Source: Fidelibacterota bacterium (lineage in GTDB: Bacteria > Fidelibacterota > Marinisomatia > Marinisomatales > TCS55). Taken from it: a DNA stretch of 64,000 bases. The notes under the pieces are model-generated. The model saw only the letters and a list, made by a program, of their open reading frames with translations. It searched no databases and was not told the DNA's origin. Position numbers and translations under genes: made by a program. The stretch spans positions 3,268 through 67,267 of the forward strand of contig JACNKN010000055.1 in assembly GCA_014382015.1 (NCBI GenBank). The letters run 5' to 3'. Positions 9,982-19,167 of this stretch are shown here, piece by piece (positions within the stretch are counted from its first letter, which is position 1; each line of letters begins with the position of its first letter).

Positions 9982-11528
9982 ATCCATTACACGATGGAGG
10001 GGTTATTATTCTTGATTTTGGATCACAGTACACCCAATTAATTGCACGAAGAATACGGGAACAGCATGTTTTTTCAGAAATATTATCTTCTGAAACATCA
10101 GCTGAGTCCATCATAAAAAGAAAGCCCAAAGCGGTGATCCTTTCCGGTGGACCCAATAGTGTATTCGACAATTCAGCGCCTCAATATGATCCGAGTATAT
10201 TTGACTTAAAATTCCCCATATTAGGAATATGTTATGGGCTGCAATTGATGGCGCATCACTTTGGAGGGCAAGTCGAACCGGGGTCCAAAGGTGAATATGG
10301 GTTTGCCAATATAAAAATGATGAAACCTGAATCAATCCTGAATGGCATTTCAGATGGCACCCAGGTTTGGATGAGCCATATGGATAAAGTTCGAAGTGTG
10401 CCGGGTGGTTGGACCGTTTTAGCCGAATCAACAAATGGTGTAGTCGCCGCAATTGCGAATAAAGAAATTAATAGATTTGCCACTCAATTTCACCCGGAAG
10501 TGGTTCACACTGTACAAGGGGATACAATTATAAATAACTTTTTATTTAAGATTGCCCATTGTGAACCTAATTGGACTGCAGGAAATTTTATTCATGAACA
10601 AGTGGATTTCATTCGAAATCAAGTTGGGGATGGGCAGGTTATTTGTGGTGTCAGCGGCGGTGTAGATTCTTCCGTTGTTGGTGCATTAATGCACAAAGCT
10701 GTTGGAGGTCAATGTACATCCGTTTTAATTGACCACGGCCTATTAAGGAAAAATGAAGCAGAACATTGTGTTTCTGCTTTGAAGGATGGATTGGGTGTCA
10801 ATATCACATCCATTAATGAAACTGACATATTCTTGTCAAAACTTTCGGGTATTGTGGAGCCGGAGAAAAAACGAAAAATAATTGGTGAACAGTTCATCCG
10901 GTCATTTGAAAAGGCGGCATCAAAAGTTGGGGATGTTTCTTTTCTTGCCCAGGGAACCCTTTACCCCGATGTAATTGAGAGCGGTGCCAGCGTTGGAAAT
11001 TCGGCTCATGTCATTAAAAGTCATCATAATGTGGGGGGATTACCGGAAGATATGACTTTTAAATTAATTGAACCACTTCGGGAACTTTTTAAAGATGAGG
11101 TACGTAATGTGGGACGTGAATTAGGTTTGCCGAATTCACTTATTAATCGCCACCCTTTTCCCGGTCCCGGGTTGGCAGTGCGGGTGATTGGGGAAATTAC
11201 AAAATCCCGTTTAGATATTTTAAGAGAAGCAGACGATATTTTTATGAATACGCTCCACGAAGATGGTCTATATGATGAAATTTGGCAGGCATTTGCTGTT
11301 TTGATTCCAGTGAAGACCGTTGGGGTTATGGGTGATCAAAGAACCTATGAGCATTTATTGGGACTTAGAGCCGTGACAAGCAGCGACGGAATGACGGCAG
11401 ATTGGTTCAGGATGCCCGATGAAACATTGACCAAAATCTCCAATAAAATTGTAAATTCAGTGAAAGGTGTTAACCGTGTTGTGTATGATATTACATCAAA
11501 ACCACCTGGAACAATTGAGTGGGAATAA
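9978..11528 (+). CDS. guaA: glutamine-hydrolysing GMP synthase
   Basis: GATase ILGICYGLQLM. ATP-PPase P-loop GVSGGVDSSV. C-terminus PPGTIEWE. ORF track starts at 9966; the ATG at 9978 forms an ATGA overlap with the surE stop, so either start is possible. Confidence 0.92.
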   Translation: MNPLHDGGVIILDFGSQYTQLIARRIREQHVFSEILSSETSAESIIKRKPKAVILSGGPNSVFDNSAPQYDPSIFDLKFPILGICYGLQLMAHHFGGQVEPGSKGEYGFANIKMMKPESILNGISDGTQVWMSHMDKVRSVPGGWTVLAESTNGVVAAIANKEINRFATQFHPEVVHTVQGDTIINNFLFKIAHCEPNWTAGNFIHEQVDFIRNQVGDGQVICGVSGGVDSSVVGALMHKAVGGQCTSVLIDHGLLRKNEAEHCVSALKDGLGVNITSINETDIFLSKLSGIVEPEKKRKIIGEQFIRSFEKAASKVGDVSFLAQGTLYPDVIESGASVGNSAHVIKSHHNVGGLPEDMTFKLIEPLRELFKDEVRNVGRELGLPNSLINRHPFPGPGLAVRVIGEITKSRLDILREADDIFMNTLHEDGLYDEIWQAFAVLIPVKTVGVMGDQRTYEHLLGLRAVTSSDGMTADWFRMPDETLTKISNKIVNSVKGVNRVVYDITSKPPGTIEWE

Positions 11529-11619
11529 TTTTAGAATCAGTCTTATATTCACTTTATGGTCCCAATGGTGATTTAGTTCACACCTCAATAAAACAATAAT
11601 TAATTAAATTCAAAACAAT

Positions 11620-13458
11620 ATGTGTGGAATCGTAGGATATTTTGGTAAGCAAGATGCTGTCCCCATCCTTATGAAGGGGCTGAAGCGCCTTGAATACAGG
11701 GGGTATGATTCAGCAGGTATAGCCGTTTTGAATGGCGATGGGAGTCATTCGTTCAAAAAAGCGGGTAAAGTCTCCGAACTCGATAAAGTTATTGATGATA
11801 CTATCCTGAAAGGATCTATAGGTATTGGTCATACACGTTGGGCCACCCACGGCGAACCGAACGATATCAATGCACACCCTCATTGGGATCACACGGGGAA
11901 CATTGCCATCATTCATAATGGCATTATTGAAAATTATTCTGTGTTGAAAAAAGTGCTGGAAGAAAAAGGAATTCAATTCAAAAGCGACACAGATACGGAA
12001 GTTCTTGTTCAGCTTATTTCTGATATTTATTATTCGGATGGTCTTGAGTTTGACCAGGCTGTCCAGGTTGCCTTGAATGAAGTTGTTGGTGCATACGGAA
12101 TTGTAACCTTTTGCAATGATGAACCGGAGAAATTGGTTGCAGCACGATTAGGCAGTCCCCTTGTTCTTGGCATAGGTGACAATGAATATTTCATCGCCAG
12201 TGACGCATCTCCCATTGTTGATCACACCCGGAATGTTGTTTATTTAGATGAGGGCGAAATGGTTACGATTACAAATAACGGCCATGGAATTAGATCAATT
12301 TCTGATAATTCCATCATTAATAAAACAGCGACTGAAATTGAATTTTCAATTGAAGAAATTGAAAAAGGGGATTTCCCCCATTATATGTTGAAAGAAATTC
12401 ACGAACAGACAAAAACAATCACCGATACAATGCGCGGCAGGTTAAACCTTGATGAAGGTACGGCCTTTCTGGGTGGTGTGAGTGAATATATAGATCGCAT
12501 TCAAAAAGCGAATCGAATATATATTACTGCTTGCGGCACATCCTGGCATGCCGGTCTTATGGGGAAATATCTATTGGAAGAATTTGCCGGAATTCCAGTC
12601 CATGTAGAATATGCTTCAGAATTTCGCTATAGTACACCCATCATTGATAGTCATACGGTCATTATCGCCATTTCTCAGTCCGGTGAAACAGCCGATACGC
12701 TTTCAGCCATACGAATGGCAAAAGAATATGGTGCGCTCACGGTGGGAATATGCAATGTGGTGGGTTCGTCCATCGCAAGGGAAACAGATTGTGGTATTTA
12801 TACTCATGCAGGCCCTGAAATTGGTGTTGCATCAACGAAGGCATTTACTGCACAATTATCCGTTTTATATTTACTGGCTCTTTATTTCGGCCGGAAAAAT
12901 GGCATGTCCAAAAGTGCAGGTCAAAAACTGGCGAAAGCCATGTGGGATATGAATAAGCAAGTTGAGGAAGTGATGGCCAATACAGATGAAATTGAGAGTA
13001 TAGCCTGGGAAACGCTAAAGGCTGATAATTTTCTCTATTTGGGTCGGGGGATGAATTTCCCTGTGGCTTTGGAAGGGGCCTTAAAACTGAAAGAGATTTC
13101 CTATATTCATGCAGAAGGATATCCCGCAGCAGAGATGAAGCATGGCCCCATTGCTTTGATTGATGAAAATATGCCCGTTGTTTTCTTGGCACCTCACGAC
13201 CGTACATTTGACAAAGTACTATCTAATATTCAGGAAGTGAAAGCCAGGAAAGGTGTGATCATCACTGTGACGGATAAGCGTACAAAAGATTTAGAAAAAA
13301 TTTCTGATTATATTATTGATGTTCCGTCAACACATCCGCGGACTTTCCCTTTACTGGCATCCATTCCGCTTCAATTGTTGGCCTACCATTTAGCTGTGCT
13401 TCGGGGATGCGATGTTGACAGACCTCGTAATCTTGCTAAGAGCGTTACCGTCGAATAA
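11620..13458 (+). CDS. glmS: glutamine--fructose-6-phosphate aminotransferase
   Basis: N-terminal MCGIVGY (Cys nucleophile). Two SIS-domain regions (ACGTSWHAG, ISQSGETADT). C-terminus NLAKSVTVE. Confidence 0.95.
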   Translation: MCGIVGYFGKQDAVPILMKGLKRLEYRGYDSAGIAVLNGDGSHSFKKAGKVSELDKVIDDTILKGSIGIGHTRWATHGEPNDINAHPHWDHTGNIAIIHNGIIENYSVLKKVLEEKGIQFKSDTDTEVLVQLISDIYYSDGLEFDQAVQVALNEVVGAYGIVTFCNDEPEKLVAARLGSPLVLGIGDNEYFIASDASPIVDHTRNVVYLDEGEMVTITNNGHGIRSISDNSIINKTATEIEFSIEEIEKGDFPHYMLKEIHEQTKTITDTMRGRLNLDEGTAFLGGVSEYIDRIQKANRIYITACGTSWHAGLMGKYLLEEFAGIPVHVEYASEFRYSTPIIDSHTVIIAISQSGETADTLSAIRMAKEYGALTVGICNVVGSSIARETDCGIYTHAGPEIGVASTKAFTAQLSVLYLLALYFGRKNGMSKSAGQKLAKAMWDMNKQVEEVMANTDEIESIAWETLKADNFLYLGRGMNFPVALEGALKLKEISYIHAEGYPAAEMKHGPIALIDENMPVVFLAPHDRTFDKVLSNIQEVKARKGVIITVTDKRTKDLEKISDYIIDVPSTHPRTFPLLASIPLQLLAYHLAVLRGCDVDRPRNLAKSVTVE

Positions 13459-13574
13459 TATTTTCAGATTTACTCCTTTTTATATTACACACCATATTAT
13501 TTTCCAAAGAACCAGACACCATTTAACATATGCTTCAGTATATTTTATGTGTTGAAAGGTAACTCGAATTCTAA

Positions 13575-15449
13575 ATGAACAAGTTTAAATCCATATTATT
13601 CGTACTTTTGTGTTATCCCTGCTTTGGGCAGAATTGGTTTCAATCCCAGTTGATCGAGCGTCAGTTTAATCAGGCTGTGGCCCAGTATAATGAAGGCCGT
13701 TTTGCCACAAGCGAATCTATTTTGAATAAAATATTGGCGGGAGAACCCGGTAGTTATAACGAAGCATCTTTGTTGTTATTGATCAAATCCCAAATTGGAT
13801 TGAACCGAGTTGAATCGGCCAGGGAGACATCTCGAACATTTTTTACCCAATTTCCGGAAAGTGCCTTCATGAAGAATGTCATGGAAAGCCTGGGTGATTT
13901 ATATGTGAATGAAGGAAATTATTCATCGGCATACCGAATGTACCATCGGGCGAAAAAGCTTTCAAATGAAGATACATTCAGTGGAAAAATTGATTCAAAA
14001 ATACTTCGATTAATTCAGATTCAATTACCCAAACATCTTTTGGATGAGTTACTTACCCTGGAAGTTGATCCTGAAATAAGAAATATTCACCTCATGGCGA
14101 AGGCCAATTTCCAAATTTCAAGTGGTCACCCAGATGATGCAGCACTTACCCTGAATCAAGTGAATATGGGGCAATTTCAGGATACCTATTTTCCTTTTTA
14201 TGAGAATCTTTTGCGTGCATCTTATGAACCTCCGAATCCTGTAACGATGGTTGGCATTATACTCCCTTTGTCTGGGGATCAATCGGAAATAGGTCAAGCG
14301 TTTTTATCCGGGTTTTACGACGGAGAAAAACCAAATAATATATCAAACCAAAGATTGTCAATCCTCATCCAGGATAACCGGAGTCATTCGCTTGAATCGA
14401 TAAAAGTTGCTAAAAAACTTGTACAGCAGGATCAATTATTAGCCCTTATTTGTCCCTTAGATCCTCAGACATCGCTGGTCGTCGCCAGTGCGTTGACATC
14501 AACTGATATTCCCATTATTCTCACCACCCTTCAACAAAACGACCTGAGTGAAATCAACCCGCTTGTTTTTCAAATTAATTCCACTGTTTCTATGCAGGGG
14601 AAGGCAGCTGCTCAATATGCCATGAAGGTCTTGGAACTGGATAGTTTGGCAGTCATTGCCCCAGCGGACTTTTATGGTGAAACCCAAACAGATGCTTTTA
14701 TTAAGGAAGTTGATCGACTTGGGGGAACTGTTGTGGCAACGGAATGGTATTCTGGACCACCGAAAAACCTGAAAAGACAATTTAAAAATTTTAGAAGGGT
14801 CGCCTTCAGCCTTTTACCAAAAGAGGAATCTTTTGATGAAGCATTGGGGATGGAAATTGACAGTCTGGATGCCTTATTTGACATTTCTGCAGAGGACTTT
14901 TTTGACCTACCGAAACCGAAACAAAAAAGAATAACTTCTTTAGATTCGACAAAAATTGTATTGAATACAATCCAGGGGATCTATTTGCCGATCAATATAG
15001 ACGATTTAGAATATATTGGTCCCCAATTACCCATGTATAATTTAAATGCGAAAATAATTGGAAATGAAAATTGGCAGGATAAAAAGATTTTAAGAAAAGA
15101 TAATATTGGTCCCCATTTGAAAGATTTGTCTATAATCACCAACTTTAATCCGCCATCAAATGATTCAACAGGTTTTTATGGTGATTTATTGGAAGCGTAT
15201 TACGATGGGTTAAATACAGCTCATTTGCTGACACAATTACCTTTGGATTCCCGTTCCCGTAAATCCATGAGCCAATCATTGCAATGGGTAGATATATACT
15301 CGGGCCAGGGATTTTACTATTCACCAGACCCATCGAATCCTCATGTGAATGCTGCATTCCAAATATTGGAGTTTAACGGAAAAGAATTGGTTCCACAGGG
15401 CGTATTTATTGGTGACTCACTTCGATTGGTTCCATCCCAATATCCATAG
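13575..15449 (+). CDS. secreted TPR + type-1 periplasmic-binding-fold protein (LpoA/LppC-like)
   Basis: Signal peptide. TPR-like N-terminal third. Then VGIILPLSGDQSEIGQAFLSGFYDG, typical of LppC/Leu-Ile-Val-binding-fold proteins. Followed by pgeF and uppP, both cell-wall genes. Confidence 0.5.
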   Translation: MNKFKSILFVLLCYPCFGQNWFQSQLIERQFNQAVAQYNEGRFATSESILNKILAGEPGSYNEASLLLLIKSQIGLNRVESARETSRTFFTQFPESAFMKNVMESLGDLYVNEGNYSSAYRMYHRAKKLSNEDTFSGKIDSKILRLIQIQLPKHLLDELLTLEVDPEIRNIHLMAKANFQISSGHPDDAALTLNQVNMGQFQDTYFPFYENLLRASYEPPNPVTMVGIILPLSGDQSEIGQAFLSGFYDGEKPNNISNQRLSILIQDNRSHSLESIKVAKKLVQQDQLLALICPLDPQTSLVVASALTSTDIPIILTTLQQNDLSEINPLVFQINSTVSMQGKAAAQYAMKVLELDSLAVIAPADFYGETQTDAFIKEVDRLGGTVVATEWYSGPPKNLKRQFKNFRRVAFSLLPKEESFDEALGMEIDSLDALFDISAEDFFDLPKPKQKRITSLDSTKIVLNTIQGIYLPINIDDLEYIGPQLPMYNLNAKIIGNENWQDKKILRKDNIGPHLKDLSIITNFNPPSNDSTGFYGDLLEAYYDGLNTAHLLTQLPLDSRSRKSMSQSLQWVDIYSGQGFYYSPDPSNPHVNAAFQILEFNGKELVPQGVFIGDSLRLVPSQYP

Positions 15450-15489
15450 GGAAAAATTGAATTATAAAGATTATTCAGATTGGTTCGGT

Positions 15490-16134
15490 ATGCAGGGGTT
15501 TCACGCCTTCATGACTCAAAGGCAGGAAATCTTTTCTAAGGCAGATAACCGAAAAGCTATTGTGGAATCCTTCCCGTTCGATGCAGATAAATTGGCCTAT
15601 CCGAAACAGGTGCATTCAAATAGGGTACGATTGGTAGAAAAACCTGGAATTATAGAGGAAACGGATGGTGTCATATCCAATAATAAAGAATTTATTCTGA
15701 GTATCCAGGTTGCAGATTGTATCCCCTTATTTCTGGCAGATAAACAATCAGGGAATTTTGGGTTAGTTCATTCAGGATGGCGTGGGACTGCAAATGATAT
15801 CTCAAAGCGGGCAATTGACCGAATGGAGGATGTCGGTAGCAATGTTAATAGTACTCGAGCAATTATTGGACCTGCCATTCATCAATGTTGTTTTGAGGTT
15901 GGCCCTGAAGTCAGTAGCCAATTTGATGATACTTTTTCAATTACAGGAAAAGATGATCGTCAGATGCTGGATTTAAAAAGTGCATTATGGCATCAACTTA
16001 TTGCATCGGGAATAAAATCAGAAAATATAATGATTGACGATGACTGCACCAACTGTAGAGAGGATTTATACTATTCTTACCGTCGCGATGGAAAAAAATC
16101 CGGAAGAATGATTGCAATTGCTGGATGGCGATAG
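15490..16134 (+). CDS. pgeF: peptidoglycan editing factor PgeF (YfiH / laccase-domain family)
   Basis: QVHSNRV, HSGWRG, CTNC...YYSYRRDG...GRM motifs. The ORF-track start at 15349 would overlap the upstream gene by 101 nt. The first ATG after that gene is 15490, which gives a rather short N-terminus, so the start is uncertain. Confidence 0.75.
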   Translation: MQGFHAFMTQRQEIFSKADNRKAIVESFPFDADKLAYPKQVHSNRVRLVEKPGIIEETDGVISNNKEFILSIQVADCIPLFLADKQSGNFGLVHSGWRGTANDISKRAIDRMEDVGSNVNSTRAIIGPAIHQCCFEVGPEVSSQFDDTFSITGKDDRQMLDLKSALWHQLIASGIKSENIMIDDDCTNCREDLYYSYRRDGKKSGRMIAIAGWR

Positions 16135-16190
16135 CTTTTCTTTTTATTCTATATTCTTCCTGATAAATTCATTCACGGTTTTTCATCCAT

Positions 16191-16955
16191 ATGACGCTTA
16201 CAGACGCAATAATACTCGGCATAATCCAGGGAATTACTGAATTTTTACCCATTAGCAGTTCTGGACATCTGGTTCTTGGGCAGACGCTTTTGGGTGTCAA
16301 TACGCCTGGAAATGTTTTTGAAGTGGTGACCCATTTGGGAACCCTTCTAAGCGTTTTATATGTCTTTTGGAAAGAACTATCATCCATGATTCATTCACTT
16401 CAAAAACAGGATACGCAAAAATATATTTTATTTTTGATTGTGGGAACACTACCCGCAGTCATTATTGGATTGGCAGCTAAGGATATGATCACAGATTTAT
16501 TTGAATCGATCTCTATGGTCGCCGGATCATTAATTTTCACAGGAATTATTTTATTATTGACTCAAAGATTGAATGAAAAAAGTAAACAGTTAAATTGGAA
16601 AAAAGGTCTAATGATTGGTCTGACTCAAGCATTTGCAATGATACCGGGAATATCCCGGTCGGGGATGACCATCAGTACAGGGCTTGCATTAGGATTATCG
16701 GGGAAAGATGCAGCTAAATTTTCCTTTCTGCTGGCCATCCCCGCCATTGCCGGTGCGGGATTGCTCACCGCATTGGATGTGGAGCCCGGGAGTATCTCCA
16801 TTCCATTTTTCCAATTATCACTGGCATTTTTCAGTGCATTTATCGTTGGTACTATATCTTTAAAATGGTTATTAGGATTATTAGAAAGTGGAAAATTTCA
16901 TCTTTTTGGCTACTATTGCCTAATGGTTGGCCTCATTACTTATTTATCAATTTAA
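16191..16955 (+). CDS. uppP: undecaprenyl-diphosphate phosphatase
   Basis: GIIQGITEFLPISSSGH and PGISRSG motifs. Eight predicted TM segments. Confidence 0.9.
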   Translation: MTLTDAIILGIIQGITEFLPISSSGHLVLGQTLLGVNTPGNVFEVVTHLGTLLSVLYVFWKELSSMIHSLQKQDTQKYILFLIVGTLPAVIIGLAAKDMITDLFESISMVAGSLIFTGIILLLTQRLNEKSKQLNWKKGLMIGLTQAFAMIPGISRSGMTISTGLALGLSGKDAAKFSFLLAIPAIAGAGLLTALDVEPGSISIPFFQLSLAFFSAFIVGTISLKWLLGLLESGKFHLFGYYCLMVGLITYLSI

Positions 16956-16956
16956 C

Positions 16957-17958
16957 ATGGCACGATTCAAAATCGATACAATCCCAATTAATAATGCAAT
17001 CCAATCTTTGGAAAAAGGAAAATTTGATTCGGTATATTACCTAATGGGAGAAGATCAATATCTTCAACAATTATTTTCAGAAAAACTCATCAAAAGATTG
17101 TTTAATGGAGAATCGATTCATAAAACAATGTTGATTCCTGATGAAATGAGTTCTAAAGATATTTTGGATCACCTGACTGCTGCTGATTTATTCAGTTCAA
17201 AGAAAGTATTTTTACTTCGGAACCCAAATGCGCTCAAAGGAAAAGCCAGAGACGAATTTCTCGATTATATTAATAATCCAGTGGAAGGTCATACCTTGAT
17301 CATGATGCAGGATGAGTATGGGGCAAAAAACAAATTCTTGGAATCATTGGTTAAAGGAATCAAACCAATTTCCTGTTCTACACCTTTTGAGCGCGGCATG
17401 GTTCAATGGGCGAATGATTTCTTTAAAGAAAATGATATTCAAAATGTGTCGCCAGACATTATTAAAACACTCATAGACATTGCAGGAGATTCACTCAATC
17501 ATTTGAAAAATGAAATTGATAAAATAGCCATTTCTGCAGATGGTGAAATATATCAAGATGATATTAAACAATTTTCAGGTTGGAAAAGAAAATTTCGGCA
17601 ATATGAGTTTTTCAATTATTTGGGACAAAGAAAACTCAAGGAATCTTTGGAATTAGGAAGGTCCTTGGTTTTGCAGGATATATCTATGATTAGTTTGCTG
17701 TACCCATTAACAGAGTTTTTCCAAGAGTTATTGTTTCACAAAATTTCCCGTGGAACAAATAGAATTAAAATGGGTTATACTCGTTTATCACCCAGTGTGA
17801 ATAAAAATTTAGGTAATTATGCAAACCAGTATTCAAGTAAAGAAATCACCCTTGCGCTCAAGCAATTGGCGCAAATCGACCAACAACTGAAATCATCGCG
17901 GATAAAAGATGAATCAGCCATCACCGAATTTGTCTATGCCACCGTTTTTAATGGATAA
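16957..17958 (+). CDS. holA: DNA polymerase III subunit delta
   Basis: About 333 aa from the ATG at 16957, immediately after the uppP stop (ORF track: 16927). HolA-like N-terminus (...YYLMGEDQYL...) and helical C-terminal half. This is recognition by pattern only. Confidence 0.65.
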   Translation: MARFKIDTIPINNAIQSLEKGKFDSVYYLMGEDQYLQQLFSEKLIKRLFNGESIHKTMLIPDEMSSKDILDHLTAADLFSSKKVFLLRNPNALKGKARDEFLDYINNPVEGHTLIMMQDEYGAKNKFLESLVKGIKPISCSTPFERGMVQWANDFFKENDIQNVSPDIIKTLIDIAGDSLNHLKNEIDKIAISADGEIYQDDIKQFSGWKRKFRQYEFFNYLGQRKLKESLELGRSLVLQDISMISLLYPLTEFFQELLFHKISRGTNRIKMGYTRLSPSVNKNLGNYANQYSSKEITLALKQLAQIDQQLKSSRIKDESAITEFVYATVFNG

Positions 17959-18523
17959 TCAGTTCCGCTATACAGATGAGGAATTAATCGCCCGTTTTCA
18001 AGAGGGTGATGAGCAGGCATATACAGAATTGGTCATCAGGTACAGGGATAAACTCATGACGTTTGTTTATCGATTTGTGAATGATATGGAACAAGCAGAA
18101 GATATTATTCAAGACACGATGTTAAAATTGTATACGCATAAACATTATTATCGAAATATTGCCAAGTTCTCTACATGGATTTATACGATCGCTGGAAATT
18201 TAGCTAAAACAGAATTGCGGAAGAAAAAACACCACAAAGTAACCAATATTAGTCAAATGGGCCCGGAAGATCGAGATTACGAATTACCTTCTGTGGCTCC
18301 CGAGACCGATGAAATTGTTCAGGGTGAATATATTGAAAAGAAAATTCAGGCTGCGATTCAAAATTTACCCCTTCATTTTAGAACAGTTACAATTTTAAGA
18401 GATATTCAGGAACTTTCTTATGAAGAGATCAGTAAGATAGTCGAAGTTCCACTTGGAACAGTTAAATCCCGGATTAATCGGGCAAGGCTACAGTTGCAAA
18501 AAGAATTAAAAGATTTAAAATAG
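17951..18523 (+). CDS. ECF-family RNA polymerase sigma-70 factor
   Basis: Region 2: AEDIIQDTMLKLY, FSTWIYTIAGNLA. Region 4 HTH: LSYEEISKIVEVPLGTVKSRINRARLQL. ATG at 17951 overlaps the holA stop by 8 nt (ORF track: 17909). Confidence 0.85.
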   Translation: MDNQFRYTDEELIARFQEGDEQAYTELVIRYRDKLMTFVYRFVNDMEQAEDIIQDTMLKLYTHKHYYRNIAKFSTWIYTIAGNLAKTELRKKKHHKVTNISQMGPEDRDYELPSVAPETDEIVQGEYIEKKIQAAIQNLPLHFRTVTILRDIQELSYEEISKIVEVPLGTVKSRINRARLQLQKELKDLK

Positions 18524-18537
18524 GAGAAAAGAATTTG

Positions 18538-19092
18538 ATGGATCGTTACCAATTTGAAGATGCCATTTCAGCATATTTAGACAATGAATTACCTCTTTCC
18601 GACCGGAAGGCCTTCGAGGATTTTATGAAGGCAAACTCAGATGCCAAAATCCTTGTGGATTCCATTCGCTCGAATATGACATCGGTTAAATCGTTATCGC
18701 AGATAAAAACATCAGGCAGTTTTATGTCCAGCTTACACAAAATGATCGAATTTGAAAAAAGTCGACCATCCAAAAAATTTGTAAATCGACCGTCAAAAAC
18801 TTTATTTGGATTTACACCCTTATATGCAGGAATAATGACCGTTCTGATCGCAACCTTTATCACAGTTGGTATTAACCTATGGCCGGAATCCAATTCTCCC
18901 GTCAACACCCTCCCGGCCTATACAGGAAATATTACAGATGCACCAAACCCGGCACCGGAAAATCCTGCTATTGATTTCGAGCAAGATGCTGTTCTGGCTG
19001 CATCTGAATCAGATTCATCGGACACAACCCTTCAAAAAAAGAAAATATTCAAGCTGGGTGATCAAGTGAAATTCGTAAAAGATCAGCGTTAA
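18538..19092 (+). CDS. putative anti-sigma factor (single-pass membrane protein)
   Basis: Directly downstream of the ECF sigma. N-terminal FEDAISAYLDNELP, as in zf-HC2-type anti-sigma N-termini but without the Cys/His ligands. One TM helix (LYAGIMTVLIATFITVGINLW). Confidence 0.55.
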   Translation: MDRYQFEDAISAYLDNELPLSDRKAFEDFMKANSDAKILVDSIRSNMTSVKSLSQIKTSGSFMSSLHKMIEFEKSRPSKKFVNRPSKTLFGFTPLYAGIMTVLIATFITVGINLWPESNSPVNTLPAYTGNITDAPNPAPENPAIDFEQDAVLAASESDSSDTTLQKKKIFKLGDQVKFVKDQR

Positions 19093-19116
19093 TTATCGCT
19101 TAAAAAGTATTTTTAA

Positions 19117-19164
19117 AAAAATCCCTGTAGTTGGTGTATTTCAACGCAGGGATTTTTATTTTGT
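19117..19164 (+). terminator. intrinsic-terminator-like hairpin followed by a T-run
   Basis: aaaaatccctg (19117-19127) pairs with cagggattttt (19147-19157). Inner pairs gttg/caac, 8-nt loop, then tttttatttt. Confidence 0.6.
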
Positions 19165-19167
19165 GGT

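Noticed and set aside
11529-11619. A glmS ribozyme could lie upstream of glmS.
   Set aside because: The leader is only about 90 nt, AT-rich, and shows none of the conserved glmS ribozyme core. That ribozyme is also mainly a Firmicutes feature.
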